Below are positions 1-12,850 of a stretch of DNA of 64,000 nucleotides, piece after piece. The notes below the pieces were generated by a model. It was not told where the DNA came from, did no database searches, and saw nothing but the letters and a program-made list of their open reading frames with translations. The stretch covers positions 311,488,001 through 311,552,000 of the forward strand of contig OZ024743.1 in NCBI GenBank assembly GCA_964016885.1. The letters run 5' to 3'. Every line of letters begins with the position of its first letter. Positions within the stretch are counted from its first letter, which is position 1. Position numbers and translations under genes: made by a program. Source of the DNA: Eledone cirrhosa (lineage: Eukaryota).

Positions 1-235
1 GCTACCCCAGCCTCTCTTCTGATTCCTTCATCTCTTCCTTTCCAGAAGAATGTATATTCTCCACAAAATTCTATTAGATGACCATCTCCAGCTAACCTCG
101 TCTCAGATAAAGCTACGATGTCAAGATCGTAACGTCGAAGCTCCTTTGCAACAAGAACGGTCCTTCGTTCAGGACGTTACAAGGAATCCCTGTCAAGCAG
201 CGTACATACGTTCCAGCAGCCAATATTAAATGCTT
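1..235 (-). pseudogene. N-terminal APE endonuclease fragment of an RTE-clade LINE, running off the left edge
   Basis: The minus strand reads AFNIGCWNVCTLLDRDSL*RPERRTVLVAKELRRYDLDIVALSETRLAGDGHLIEFCGEYTFFWKG...EAGV. The xWNVxTL, DIxALSETR and YTFFW motifs are typical of RTE endonucleases. One in-frame stop. Confidence 0.85.
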
Positions 236-389
236 TGTTTGGCTCTATTACAGTGGCACGATGACGAGCGGCCCCAGGCTGTGATACCCTGGGGCACTTG
301 CCCTTATTACCAATTATCTCTTTTGTTCCAGAACCCTTATTGCCAATTATCTCTTTTATATTGTTTTGGAACATCATTGAATTGGGGAA

Positions 390-390
<1 letters not shown>

Positions 391-424
<34 letters not shown>

Positions 425-2530
425 TTTCATTTATTGGCCACAAGGGCCGACATATATGGGACAATACAAAAGACTAGGACAGTGGGGTTTTACAAAAAAA
501 TCGAGTAAACAATATGAATCACAATAACAAAGTAACAAGAAAATTACAAGAAAAAATTCCCCAATAGGGGGATGACCACCTGGGGTTCGCTCAGGTACCC
601 CACCAATCCTGAACGACATGACGCTTCGAGAGCACCCAGGAAGGGCACCTCCTCTCCTCCTCAAATTTACCTACCTACAGCCGCATGACCAGAGTAGGCC
701 CACTCACACGGGCCATTCTCGCCACATTCACCCACCTTTCAGCAAATGTACTGGGGGGCAGCACTTCTCTCTCCACCCTCACCTTCCTTTCCAAGTGAAA
801 CTTGAAAAAGTTGATGAGCGATTGGCCGAAGAGAAAAGTGTCTGTCTTCAGTCCTTTCAACCTCGTCCACCATACAACTTCTTTCGCTACTGCCACCAGA
901 CAGAGGAAAATTGCCTGCCCTTCCTGGCCAAAAGAAGGCGGCGGATCGATCTTCACTATGGACTCGGCCGATAGCCGGATCCGTTCTACACGCGACAACA
1001 GCTGTTCAACATAACTCCACAAGTCAGTAATGCACGGACACTGGACAAGTGCGTGCAGAACGGTTTCGTCGCTCTGCGCGCATCTCGGGCAGGTCCGTCT
1101 GACAGCACTTCCGTGCCTGTAGAGTTTATCTCGAACCGGCAGTGCCCCCGGTAGCACTGCTAAACGAGGGATTTTTGGAAATTATCCATCGTCCCCGGCT
1201 CGAAAGTCCTCCGGTACAGACTGGTTAGTTTGACTTCGTTCACTCCCAGAGCCTCTCCGAGTGCGTCGTTGCACTTGCCCACCACTAATCCTATATAGAA
1301 CTCGAGAGTGGAAGTTCCACTGACCGCATTTCCCGCCTGGTAGAGGGCAGTGAGTGCTTGGCAACATTCCAGATGCCAGTCACCCAGTCTCGGTCTCTTT
1401 TTGACATAGGACTGCAGCTCAGTCAAAGAAACGAGCTGCGGAAAGGCCCGTCTGACAAACGGCGACTACACCTGTTCACCGTTTAGGTAGAATATCTGGA
1501 GATGCCGCAGCCTCAGCGCGTGCCTGCGCATCATTAGCCACGGCATGCCCAGCCCTCCACATAGAGGGTGCTGGCAGCAGATGGGCCGTCTCACCAGCGG
1601 AACCTGACCCCTCCACAAGAATTTGAAGAGGAGCCGCTCCAAGATGGCGACACGCGAACGGGGGCAAGGGACGACGGTCAGACGGTAGTAGATGACGGAC
1701 GCGATGTACACGTTCGCCACCTCCGCCCGACCTTTCAGTGATTTCTGGGTGAGACTGGCTACCCTGCCCGTCACGTCGTCCTAATTATTATCCACCTGGA
1801 GGTCTGGCCCGAACCAAACCCCTGGCAACTTTACCGGTCCGTCCGTCCAGCGCCTAACGACGCTGTTGGACGGCATGGACTTGCCTCTCCAGGTGCCGAG
1901 TCGCAAGCCTACCGACTTTTCCGGGTTAAGTTTTGCTCCCGTCAACCTTTCATATTCCTCCAATAAGTTGCCGACCACTTCGATTTCTGAGGTGTCCGAC
2001 ACCATCACGGTGATGTCGTCCGCATAAGCCGACACAGCCTTTCCGCGTCCCGGTTCGAGCGGGATGCCCTGCAACAGCTCCAGCTATCGCAGTAAGGGCT
2101 CGAGAGTCAATACGTACAGAAGGGAGGAGAGAGGGCACCTTTGACGTACCGATCGGGAGACCTGAAACGGTTCCGAGAAGGGGCCATTAATTTTGACCAT
2201 CGAGCAGGTGCCGCTGTGCATTGCAGTGATCCAGCTTCTGAAGACGGGGCCAAAGCCAGCCGCCTTGAGGACAGCCTCCAGGTGCCGATGGTCGACCCTA
2301 TCGAATGCTTTCGATTGATCTAAATTGATCAGAGTCCCACCGAAGCCAGGTTTACACCCTACCCACTCTATGATGTATCGCATTAGGTGGTGGTTGTCGT
2401 GTATGGACCTGGTTGGGATTGCGCAAGTTTGCGCCTCCCCAACCAAATCCCCTACGACAAGCGCCAACCTCTTCGCTAACACCCTGGCCAAAATCTTAAA
2501 CTCTGTGTTGAGCAGAGTTATTGGCCAGAA
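391..2530 (-). mobile_element. 5'-truncated L1/Tx1-type LINE (copy A): RT and C-terminal part of ORF2, 3' UTR, (ATT)n tail
   Basis: Minus-strand ORF pieces carry NLDQSKAFDRVDH, SVRQRCPLSSLLY, SAYADD, GGLGMP and CPRC...ETVLHALVQC. Stop at ~675. AATAAA is followed by an (ATT)n tail at 391-422. Several stops and frameshifts. Confidence 0.92.
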
Positions 2531-2802
2531 ATAATAATAATAATAATAATGATTTCTTTATTAACCACAAGGGTTTACATAAAGTAGACATTAAGGACAG
2601 TACAGGACAATACGGGACGGTACAAATGGGCATTTCTGCGTGTAAAAAAAACAAGAAACAGAGGATGTAATAATAGAACAATTAAAAAATTCCCCAATAG
2701 GGGGGAGACTTCCGAGGGACATTCGAGGAGAAAGCCCATTAAAAATCCACAGTGACCATGACCACCAGGGCAAGTGCCCTCTCCCAGTTTTCCACCTTTA
2801 AT

Positions 2803-5800
2803 TTACAGACACATACTCAGAGTAGGCCCATTCACTCGGGCCATTCTTGCCTCTCTCACCCATCTTTCAACAAAATGCTGGGAAGAGAGCACTTCCCTTC
2901 TACCCTGATTTTCCTTTTCAAATGAAATTTGAAAAAGTTAATCAGGGCATCACCGAAGAGGTAAGTGCTCGTCTTCAGCCCTTTCAAACGTGTCCACCAT
3001 ACTATCACTTTCGCCATGGCCACCAGAGAGATAAAAACTGTCTGCCCTTCCCGGCTAAAGGAAGAGGGCGGGGCAATCCTCACGATGGACTCAGCTGATA
3101 GCTGGATCCGTCCCACACGCGACAGCAGGTGTTCGACATAAACCCACAAGTCAGCAATGCTCGGACACTGGACGAATGCGTGCAGGACGGTTTCTCGCCC
3201 TGCGTGCATCTCGAACATGCTCGGCTGACGGCACCTCCATGCCTGTAGAGTTTATCCCGAACTGGCAAAGCTCCTCGGTAGCATTGCCAGGCCAGGGATT
3301 TCTGGAAGTTGTCCATATTCCCGGCCCGAAAGTTCTTCTGAAGAGATTAACTAGTTGATTTTCGTCGACGCCTAGATTTTCCCCAAGTACGTCGCCGCTG
3401 TTCCTCTCCACTAATCCTCTATAGAACGCCAAGGTGGAGTTTCCACCGATCACATTGCCCGATTGGTCGAGGGCTGTGAGCGCCTGAAGACATTCCAGTC
3501 TCCAAGCGCTCCCTCTCGGTCTTCGCTTGACCCAGGACTGCAGCTCCCTCCGTCAAGGAGACGAGCTGGGGAAAGACGTGTCTAGCAAACGGCGACCACA
3601 CTCGATCACCGTCGAGAAAGAGGTGGAGATGTCGTAGCCTGAGCACGTGTCTGCACATCATCAGCCACGGCATGCCCAACCCTCCACGTAGCGGGTGTTG
3701 ACAGCAGATGGACCGCCTGACCATCGGAGCGCGTCCCTTCCACAAAAAGCGAAAGAGCAAACGCTCCAGCGCAGTCAGGCGGGGCTTAGGACAAGGTACG
3801 ACGGTCAGGCGGTAGTAGATGACGGACGTGATGTACGCGTTAGCCACCTCCGCTCGACCTTTCAGGGATAGCTTCCTCTCCGCCCATTTCTGGGTGTGAG
3901 AGAAGCCACCCTGCTCGTCACCTCGTCCCATTTTTTGTCCGTCTGGAGGTCCGGACCGAACCAGATCCCTAGCAATTTAATCGGTCCGTCCGTCCAGCGC
4001 CCGACGACGCTGTTGGACGGCATAGACCTACCTCTCCAGGTGCCGAGCTGCAGGCCCACTGACTTTTCCTGGTTGATCATTGCTCCTGTTACCGCTTCGT
4101 ATTCTCTTAGTGTAATGCCGATCGCCTCGATGTGTTTGGCGTTCGACACCACTACGGTGACATCGTCCGCATATGCTGACACGGATCTTCCGCATCCTAG
4201 TTCGCGCGGGATCCACCTCAACGTCTCCAGTTTGTGCAGTAATGCCTCGAGAGTCATTACGTACAAGAGGGACGAGAGGGGACATCCTTGGCGGACCGAG
4301 CGCATGATGTTGAACCGTTCCGAAAGGTGACCGTTCACTCTTACCACAGAGCAGATGTCGCTGTGCATGGCAACGATCCAGCCTCTGAAGACGGGCCCAA
4401 AGCCAGCCGCCCTCAGGACTGCCGCTAGGTAACGATGGTCGACACTATCGAAAGCTTTCGACTGATCTAAATTGATCAAGGACCCACCCGTGCCAGGTTC
4501 CCTAGCTACCCTCTCTACGATGTATCGCATGAGGTGGAGGGTGTCGTGGATGGATCTGTCGGGAATGGCGCACGTCTGCGCCTCTCCCACCAGATCACCA
4601 ACGACAACCGCCAACCTCTTTGCTAGCACCTTGGCCAAAATCTTGAACTCTGTATTTAGCAGAGTTATGGGCCTAAAATTATCTAGTTATCCCCCTTGTT
4701 CGGATCCTTTCTCAGCAGCGCCATAGCTCCTCGGCTCACAGTGCTGGGAATTCTCCCGTTCTGTTGCCAGTTGCAGTAGACGTCCGCCAAGAGGCCTCCA
4801 AACAAGTCTGGCATCTGTACGTAAAGTTCATAGGGCAGACCATCCAAACCAGGCGATTTACCCCTTGTGCAGCCAGTCATTGCCTCCCGTACTTCAGCGG
4901 CTCTTATCGGCTTTTCGCAACACTCCGCCTCAGTGGCCGAGAGCCGCGGAAGTCCGTCGAGGTAAACACTAAAGTCCATCCCTCGATCCGGCCCTCCGCA
5001 GCCCCCGAACAGCTGTGCGAAGTGTCGCTGAAAAGTGTCGCTGAAAAGCTTCACACATTTTCCCGGGATCGAGTAGCATGCTTTGTTGCCACGACGCGCC
5101 TCCGCCACTCGGGCCCATTGAACGGCTTTCGTCCCCTCGTGTCTGAGAGCACGCACCCTAACTCTGACAACGCAGCCTTCGTGCTTTGCATTGAAGAATT
5201 GGTCAAGGGCCAATTTCGCCGCAAGTACGTCGGTCGCGATGCCTTTGCTAAGCGCCTCGTCTAATTTTCTAACTAATTCTCCCTCTGCTCTATTTTTCTC
5301 TATTGCTAAAGCCTTTCTAAACCTAATGGACTCTATTCTAATTGCTCTTTTCAGAGAAAACCACCACTTGTTGTTGACGATGGCCTCCGTCAACGCCCGC
5401 TTAACTAGTTCGCTAATCCGGTCTCTGTAGGCCTTGCGCGCTGGAAGGACGCGTTTAGCTTCCAGTAGCCGGGTCCTCGTCTATGAAGCCTATCTAAGTC
5501 AAGCACACAGATCACGAATTTGTGGTCCGTGTAGCTGACTATCTTGAATTGTGGACAGCCTATGCTAGACCTATCTATTTCTCTACAAAATACTCTATCT
5601 AAATATGATCTGGATGACCCTATGCGATTTGTCCAAGTCCACATTGGCACATTCGGGAAATCCAATCGGTACCTGTCAGACAGTTCAAAACGCCTGAGCA
5701 GGTTGGTGAGGCTCTTGCACCCTTCTCCCCTATCCGTTAATCCCACACAGTCCCAGCGTGCATCTAAGATCCCGTTCCAGTCGCCCACTAACACTAAAGA

Positions 5801-6205
5801 GTGGGACTTTCCAAGAAAGGTCTCCAGACGCCGGAAGAAATCAGGCCGCCCTGCTCCTGTCGGGGCATAGACAGCCACTAGCCTGAAAGCTTGCCCGTCT
5901 CCGCTGGTCACGTCTAGCACCACCAACTTACCTTCTGGGTCCAGGAAGATGGCCCGTATGGCGAAATCCAAACCTCTCCGAAAAAGCACAGCAACTCCCC
6001 CCCCCCCCGATCCCGGACGGCTGGGAGATGCGTACACATCTTAGCCGCCGAAGATCGGTGCGAAGGCCAGTGCTTCGGCGATTCTGGTCTCGCTAATGGC
6101 CACTACATCTATGTTTAGTGACCTGAGGTCGTTGAGCAGGTGGCCCTGCTTCCATGACCACCCCAAGCCACGCGCATTTATGCTGCCTATTCTGAGTGAG
6201 GTCAT
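2803..6205 (-). pseudogene. LINE B ORF2 (APE endonuclease, reverse transcriptase, C-terminal Cys/His motif), disrupted
   Basis: Motifs in order: MTSLRIGSINARGL, DVVAISETR, VAVYAP, LVGDWN, SYLDR, TDHK, GPGYWKLN, KSPGLDGLPYELY, FRPITLLNTEFKI, DQSKAFD, SVRQGCPLS, AYADD. Stop near 6041 and frameshifts. Confidence 0.93.
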
Positions 6206-6239
6206 GTTGAAATGGAGTGGAAAAGATGGGAAAGACCAC

Positions 6240-8351
6240 TTACCTTACTTCTCGTAGAGGAAGGATGGTTTGTCCATTCTTTTCACTGCTTGTAGCCTCC
6301 TCCGGAAGGATGCCCTTATAAATCCTCCTGGAGAGTGTTTGTCGGAAGTCTCCGATGTCTTTGGAGAATTTTTGTTTTAGTGTCGTGTACGTTTTCTGTG
6401 TGATGTGAGTGATTTGTATATGTGGGGGTGGTGTGAACTTTTGGGTTGTTGTGTAGTCTTTTTCTGTGATGCTGGTGTTGTGTTGCATGTAGTGTAATAA
6501 TTGGTTGTTGTTCAAATTTAATTGTTTCTACTTTAGGCACAAGGCCAGCAAATTACCCAGTGCATTACTGGTACTTTATTTTATCGACCCTGTAAGGATG
6601 AAAGGCAAAGTCAACCTCGGCGGGATTTGAACTCAGATCGTAAAGGGACGTAACTATGCTGGAAAGCATGGTGTCCGAACCTCTACCTATACTGCCAATC
6701 CACCGCAAATTTAATGGTGTGTAGTGTGTATCGTTTTGGTTGATTATTTGTTTGCGTTTGTTGTGGGTTTGTTTCTGTCACGCTTTTTGGTGACTTTTGT
6801 GGTGTTGGTGATAGTGGTGTTGGGGTTAATGATGGTGATGGTGTTGGTGTTTGTGGTGATGGGGTTGGTGATGCTGGTGTGGATGGTGGCATATCTGTCT
6901 TAACTTTCTTGTTCGATAATTTATTTGTTTCCCTCTGTATTTTGTTTTTTGAGGGGGAAGGAAGAGAATTTTTTTCTTTTTTGGTTTCTTTTTTTTTTCT
7001 TTTTTCCTGATACAGTTTCCCACTCCTCGTCGTCACAATCTGTCTCCAGTTGCGATAAGCCGGGGAGTGGAAAATCCTCTACAAGCGTTGATTTTGGTTG
7101 TGGTGTGGTGGATGGGGTAGGCGCTGGTGCTAGTTCTGGGGCGTTGGGTGATGGTGGTGTTGGTTTTGCTACTGTTGCTGTGGTTGTTGCTATTACAGTT
7201 GCTTCTGTTGTTGCTGCTACAGTTGTTGCTGCTATTTCTGCTGTTGGTGGTGTTGATGGTTGAGTCACTGGGGTGGGTAAGAGAGGTGGCCTCAACCTTT
7301 TAGCCTGAGGGCAGAAAGCCCTTAGGTGGGTTCCTTCACCACAAACGACACACCTAGGTCTTCTGCCCTCGACGATTACGGTGAGGTGGCTGCGGTCAGT
7401 GAGGTCTATTACCTCTGGGATCTCCTCAATGCTTTTATGGTCCGCTTGGATCAGGAGCTCCATCCCAGATCCGGACCAGTTCTCCTGCTTTTCTTTTGCT
7501 ATTTCTATTATTTTGGTGTTGGCCTCGATGCCGGCGAGGACGGAATCCATTAGCCAGGGAATTTCGATGGCCGGTGGAACGTGGGTCACCCTGATCTTCA
7601 CAAGTCTCTGACCACAATAGCTTGGGATGAGTGCGAAATCGTCACTTCTTAATGGGGCCATGGAGTATTCTCTGGCCTCATGTGGTGTTTCAAAGAACAC
7701 GTCCACGGTTCCATACTTCTGCCCACATCTGATGTGGGTTTTTTTTGCCCACACATGTCCCAAAGCTTTTTGGATTTGGGACTCAGATGCCCGTTCCACT
7801 CGGCGCGATTTTATGTTTATTTTCCGATAAGACACGGTGCATAGGCGACGTTGCTCCATTTTGTTAGGTGGGGGGGGCTGACCCTCTACCCATCTTTCTT
7901 TACCATTCCTTTGGCTTCGTCTAATTCTTCCTGAGTTACCTGGATCGCTTCGCACGTTTTTGCTACACTGGCAAAACTCAGGGTAGTTTTCTTAATTTTA
8001 TTGTTGCTGTTGTTATTATCGTTATTTTTGCTATTGTTAATTTTAGTTTCAGTTGTGGTGGTGGTGGCGTCAGTGGTGTTCGGTGTGGAAGAGTTCATTT
8101 TGGTTGAATTCATGTCGATATCATGAGTTAATTTATTTTTTTCTTTTGTTTCTGTTGTCGCTGTGGTGGGGGGGGGGGGCTTTAACACCTGCAGTCATTG
8201 GTAATGGCGGGAAATGAACGTCTGCCTGACACAAATTTAAAATATTGCTACTGCTTACAATTCCAGTGTTGGCAAACGTAGCAATGTTTACAATGGTGGT
8301 GTCGGTGTGAGGTGTTGGATTGTGAGGAAGGAGTGAATCTGAGTCATCCAT
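6240..8351 (-). pseudogene. LINE B ORF1 (gag-like, CX2CX4HX4C zinc knuckle), frameshifted and interrupted by a SINE
   Basis: ORF pieces 8133-8351, 7886-8188, 6921-7955 (VIVEGRRPRCVVCGEGTHLRAFC), 6683-7036 and 6240-6515. The two upstream breaks fall at poly-G runs (~8170 and ~7872). Confidence 0.85.
6523..6705 (-). mobile_element. tRNA-type SINE inserted in LINE B ORF1
   Basis: Minus-strand A box TGGCAGTATAGG and B box GAGTTCAAATCC. Direct repeat caaatttaat at 6513-6522 and 6706-6715. Near-identical copies at 20587, 38481 and 40857. Confidence 0.9.
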
Positions 8352-8567
8352 TATTTATCAAAGAAACATTTTTTGTTTGATAATTGTAAAAAGTTTAAAT
8401 TTTGGGCTCAAGGCCCCAATATTTTTGAGTGTCCTTTTCAGAAATCAATGTATGTGCACTTATATACAGTTAACAATAAAAATTTTCCATAAATGGCAAT
8501 TTTAAATAACTGAAAATAACAAACCTTTGCGGAGCTCACGATGATACGATTTACTACGTAGGTCGCC

Positions 8568-8602
<35 letters not shown>

Positions 8603-9182
8603 TTTCATTTATTGGCCAAAAGGGCCGACATCTAGGGACGGTGGCCAATAAATGAAATCATTATTATTATTATTACGGCATATGCGGACGATGTCACCGT
8701 AGTGATCTCGAACGCCAAACACATCGAGGCTATCGGCACTACACAAGAGAATACGAAGCGATGACAGGCGCAATGATCAACCAGGAAATGTCGGTGGGCT
8801 TGCAGCTCGGCACCTGGAGAGGTAGGTCGGTCCCGTCCAACAGCGTCGTCCAGCACTTGACGGACGGACCGGTTAAATTGCTAGGGTTCTGGTTCGGTCC
8901 GGACCTCCAGACGAACAAAAACTGGGACGAGGTGACGATCAGGCTGGCTTCTCTCACCCAGAAATGGGCAGAGAGGGAGCTATCCCTGAAAAGCCGAGCG
9001 GAGGTGGCGAATGCGTACATCGCGTCCGTCATCTACTACCGCCTGACCGTCGTACCTTGTCCTAAGCCCCGCCTAACTGCGCTGAAGTGTTTGCTCTTCC
9101 GCTTTTTGTGGAATGGACGTGCTCCGATGATCAGGCGGTCCATCTGCTGTCAACAACCGCTACGTGGAGGGCTGGGCGTGCC
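8568..9182. mobile_element. Rearranged LINE scraps: minus-strand 3' end, plus-strand 3' end, then a plus-strand ORF2 fragment
   Basis: 8568-8631 matches the copy A tail at 391-453. 8641-8674 is the reverse-complement tail. 8675-9182 encodes AYADDVTV...GGLGVP and resembles copy B. Confidence 0.85.
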
Positions 9183-9282
9183 AATTATCTCTTTTATATT
9201 GTTTTGGAACATAATTGAATAATAATAGTAACAATAATAATAATAATAATACACTATTAATAATTATTAATTAATGCAATCA

Positions 9283-9530
9283 TGCAATGCCTGTGAGTGA
9301 AGATATTTTTTAAAGTGAGGAAAGACTGTGCACTGAGCCAATCTCACTTTCTGAGCGACAGTAACTATAACCCAAAAAGAAGAAAAGATCAACATCATCG
9401 GTAACTACTCAGCCGCAGGTTTTATGTCGGAGTTAACCCAGTTTCCTGAGATGCCTTCTCCTAGAAGAATGCCCTGACAAGGGCTAGGGGTTCTTCACTC
9501 CCAGTGGTTTAACTGCGCGATCGGGTGTCC
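9283..9530. repeat. Unclassified dispersed repeat (other copies at ~10730-10915 and ~24630-24800)
   Basis: Three loci share atgcctg...gaag...gtgag...cca.tc.cactct...ccaaaa.gaagaa...caacatcat.gg. Confidence 0.65.
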
Positions 9531-9684
9531 AGCCCAATTATTTCTATGTCCCCGCACATAAAGAAAAAAAAATCACTTATTGACACTCATACGTACGACA
9601 TACACACACGCGCGCACACACACATACATACGCGCGCGCACACCAACATTCATACATACAATCAAACACACACACGCTACTCAC

Positions 9685-9723
<39 letters not shown>

Positions 9724-10087
9724 TATATATATATTACCGTCATTACTGATACAAGATTACAAGATTATGTCAACTGTTGACTTTCGAAAGAGTTCGTATA
9801 GTTGAAGCCGTTTGTGTTACCGTTCAGTATTATTATAATTGCTTTATAGTATAGAGCTATGGCCCTCCACGCCCCGAGCTCAAATCCTGCCAAGGTCAGC
9901 CTTGCCCTTCATCCCCACGGAGCCAACAAAAGAGAGCCCCAGTAGTGCGCTGGAACAATCGCTGGCTCCGTGCCAAAAGCAGAAAAATTATTATTATTAA
10001 AGTTGTTGTTTTCTTAAGGCCCGATCGCTGGTGATGATGGATGGTGGTGGTGGTGGTGGATGGTGGTGGTGGCAGTTGATGTTGCTG

Positions 10088-10176
<89 letters not shown>

Positions 10177-10950
10177 TGTGTGTGTTTCTTTTCTTTTTTG
10201 TGTTTTTTTTTATCGTTTAATGCCGCTGTTGTAAATGTTCATTTCATTTCATTCTGAAGCTGTTGTTGCTGTAAACATTAGTGCTGGTGTTGTAGATGTT
10301 GGGGTTGAAATCTGGTCATTTGACTGAGTGATGTATATACACACATATACATACATATATATATATACACACTATACTACTGTGTTTTAAACATAACTTT
10401 GATACTTGTGTATTCTATATATATACACATACACATTCAACACAGAGTTTGACAACAGGTCGGTGACTTTAGTCTGCAAGGGTAATGACATGTGTAAATG
10501 TAAATACATACATACATACATGGTGGCTGCCAACTCGTCTTCAAGTATGGCCACTACTTTATATCCATGTAGGAGAACCCCTACCGATGCGCTGAACAAG
10601 TGTGACTTTTTAGTCCAACAGCGACTTGAACACTCTGGTACAAACACTACACTTGTGACAATTATTGACACATAGTGCTGGGCCCATGGTACCATGTGAC
10701 GACAAGTGCAGAGAGATCTCCAGATATAAAGCAATGCCTGTGCCGTGAAGCTTTTATAGTGAGCAAAGGCACTGCACAAAGCCAGTCCCACTCTCTTAAC
10801 CAAGATGATATTTACCAAAAAGAAGAACAAGTCAACATCATTGGATACCATCAGGGTTGCAGGTGTTATATCAGAGTTTTCCTTCTCCTAGAATTCTGCC
10901 TTGACAAAGGCTAAGGGGTCATCATATACATACATACATACATACATACA

Positions 10951-10981
<31 letters not shown>

Positions 10982-11339
10982 GGCAAAAATTTGTGAAATT
11001 ATAAAACAAGAAGAACGTACGCACACACACACACACACACACATATATGATGTAGTTATATAAACCACTGCCACTTTGGCAAGTAAAGGAAAGCCCGCAT
11101 GACCAAGTCAATCTTCAACTTCCTGTAATTATATTCATTTATACATGTCTCATGTGTGAATTTTCTTATCATCTTAGCACAGTGATCCGATCTTCTACAC
11201 CGTATATGTTTTGCATGTGTGTGTGCCTGTGTGTGCCTGTGTGTGGCATGTGTGTGTATGTGTGTGTGTGTATGTACGTGTGTTTGTGTGTGTGACATGC
11301 ACATGTGTGTGTATGTATATATGTGCGTGTGGTGTATGT

Positions 11340-11790
11340 GTATGTGTATGTATATGTGTAGCCAAATGATTGCGTGTGTATGTTGTTTTGTATATTTGAC
11401 TGTCTGTTGTGTATTCATATGTGTGCGTGTGTGTGTATATGTGTGCGTGCGTATGTATATGTGTGGGTGTGTATGTGTATGTATATGTGTAGCCAAATGA
11501 TTGCGTGTGTATGTTGTTTTGTATATTTGACTGTCTGTTGTGTAATCATATGTGTGCGTGTGTGTGTATATGTGTGCGTGTGTATGTATTTGTGTGGGTG
11601 TGTATGTCTATGTATATGTGTAGCCAAATGATTGTGTGTATGTTGTTTTGTACATTAGACAGTTTGTTGTATATGTATATGTGTGAGTGTGTATGTGTAT
11701 GTGTATGTATATGTGTAGCCAAATGATTGTGTGTGTATGTTGTTTTGTATATTAGACTGTTTGTTGTGTATGTATATATGTAGCAAAATG
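11340..11790. repeat. TG-rich minisatellite (~100-130 bp unit) with a tagccaaatgattg core
   Basis: The core recurs at ~11359, 11490, 11621 and 11716. Confidence 0.85.
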
Positions 11791-11819
11791 TTTGTGCGTA
11801 TGTATTATGTTTATGGTTG

Positions 11820-11860
<41 letters not shown>

Positions 11861-11901
11861 ACATATGTCTGTGTGTTTATACACATGTGTGTGTGTGTTT
11901 A

Positions 11902-11940
<39 letters not shown>

Positions 11941-12569
11941 ATACATATGTGTGTGTGTGTGCACGCGCGTCTGATCGAATGAGGGGTGATATATTCATTA
12001 GAATAGCTGAAATGATTTCGTCACTAATGCTGTCACATCTCTCCGTCCGATCATTTACAATCGGAAATGGAATCGATCTTGAAAGCTATCAATTCATATT
12101 ATAGTCTCTGATTATATATGTGTGTGTATGATAAATATTCAAGTTCTTTGATTAATCTTAAACAGCAGTCAATAAAGTGACAACTGTAAGAGTAGCCATG
12201 TTTCTTTTCATTTATCTATCTATTTGTTGTTGTTTTATTTAGTCCTGGTTTCAGTCAATAGACAGCGGCCATGCTAGGGTATCGCCTTAATTTAATTGAT
12301 CATATCGGCTCCAATAATTATTCTATCTAGTCTAATACTTATTTTATCAATTTCTTTTCTTTATTTCTTCTTTTTTTTTATGTGAATGGAATGGACCTCC
12401 GTCACTTTCGATGCTGATTGTTCCAGTTTTTCTATCAACGTGACAGCCTGCTCATGAAATTAACGAATAAATGGGTAAGTGTTTCACAAACGAGTGTACT
12501 CTTAACGTAAATTTCAGGTGAGGCAGTGTGAAGAAGTATGTGGTAGTGTGTGACGAGGCTAGCCATTTT

Positions 12570-12735
12570 ACAATCAAACCGATAGACTTCTAGGTAGTTT
12601 CCGTCTACCAATTTCCCTCACAAGATATGGGTCGACCTGAAGCTATGGTAAATGACACTTGCCCTAGATGCCAAGCAGTGGGGTCGAACTTGGAACCTGA
12701 TGATTTCGAAGCAAACTGATTAAACATTCGTCCAT
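12570..12735 (-). mobile_element. Degenerate tRNA-derived SINE (second family)
   Basis: The minus strand has a tRNA-like head with a B-box-like AAGTTCGACCCC, followed by a ctagggcaagtgtc core. Confidence 0.6.
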
Positions 12736-12816
12736 GTTGCACTTATTATCAAACCGCACAGATACAGACAGGCACACATTCGAATACACACACACACACA
12801 CGCGCGCGCGCGCACA

Positions 12817-12847
<31 letters not shown>

Positions 12848-12850
<3 letters not shown>

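Larger units (their letters stand above)
2531..8567 (-). mobile_element. Essentially full-length L1/Tx1-type LINE (copy B): 5' UTR, ORF1, ORF2, 3' UTR, (ATT)n tail
   Basis: ORF1 remnants at 8351-6240 and ORF2 remnants at 6205-2803. (ATT)n tail at 2531-2550; the 5' end abuts (AAT)n at 8568. Confidence 0.93.
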
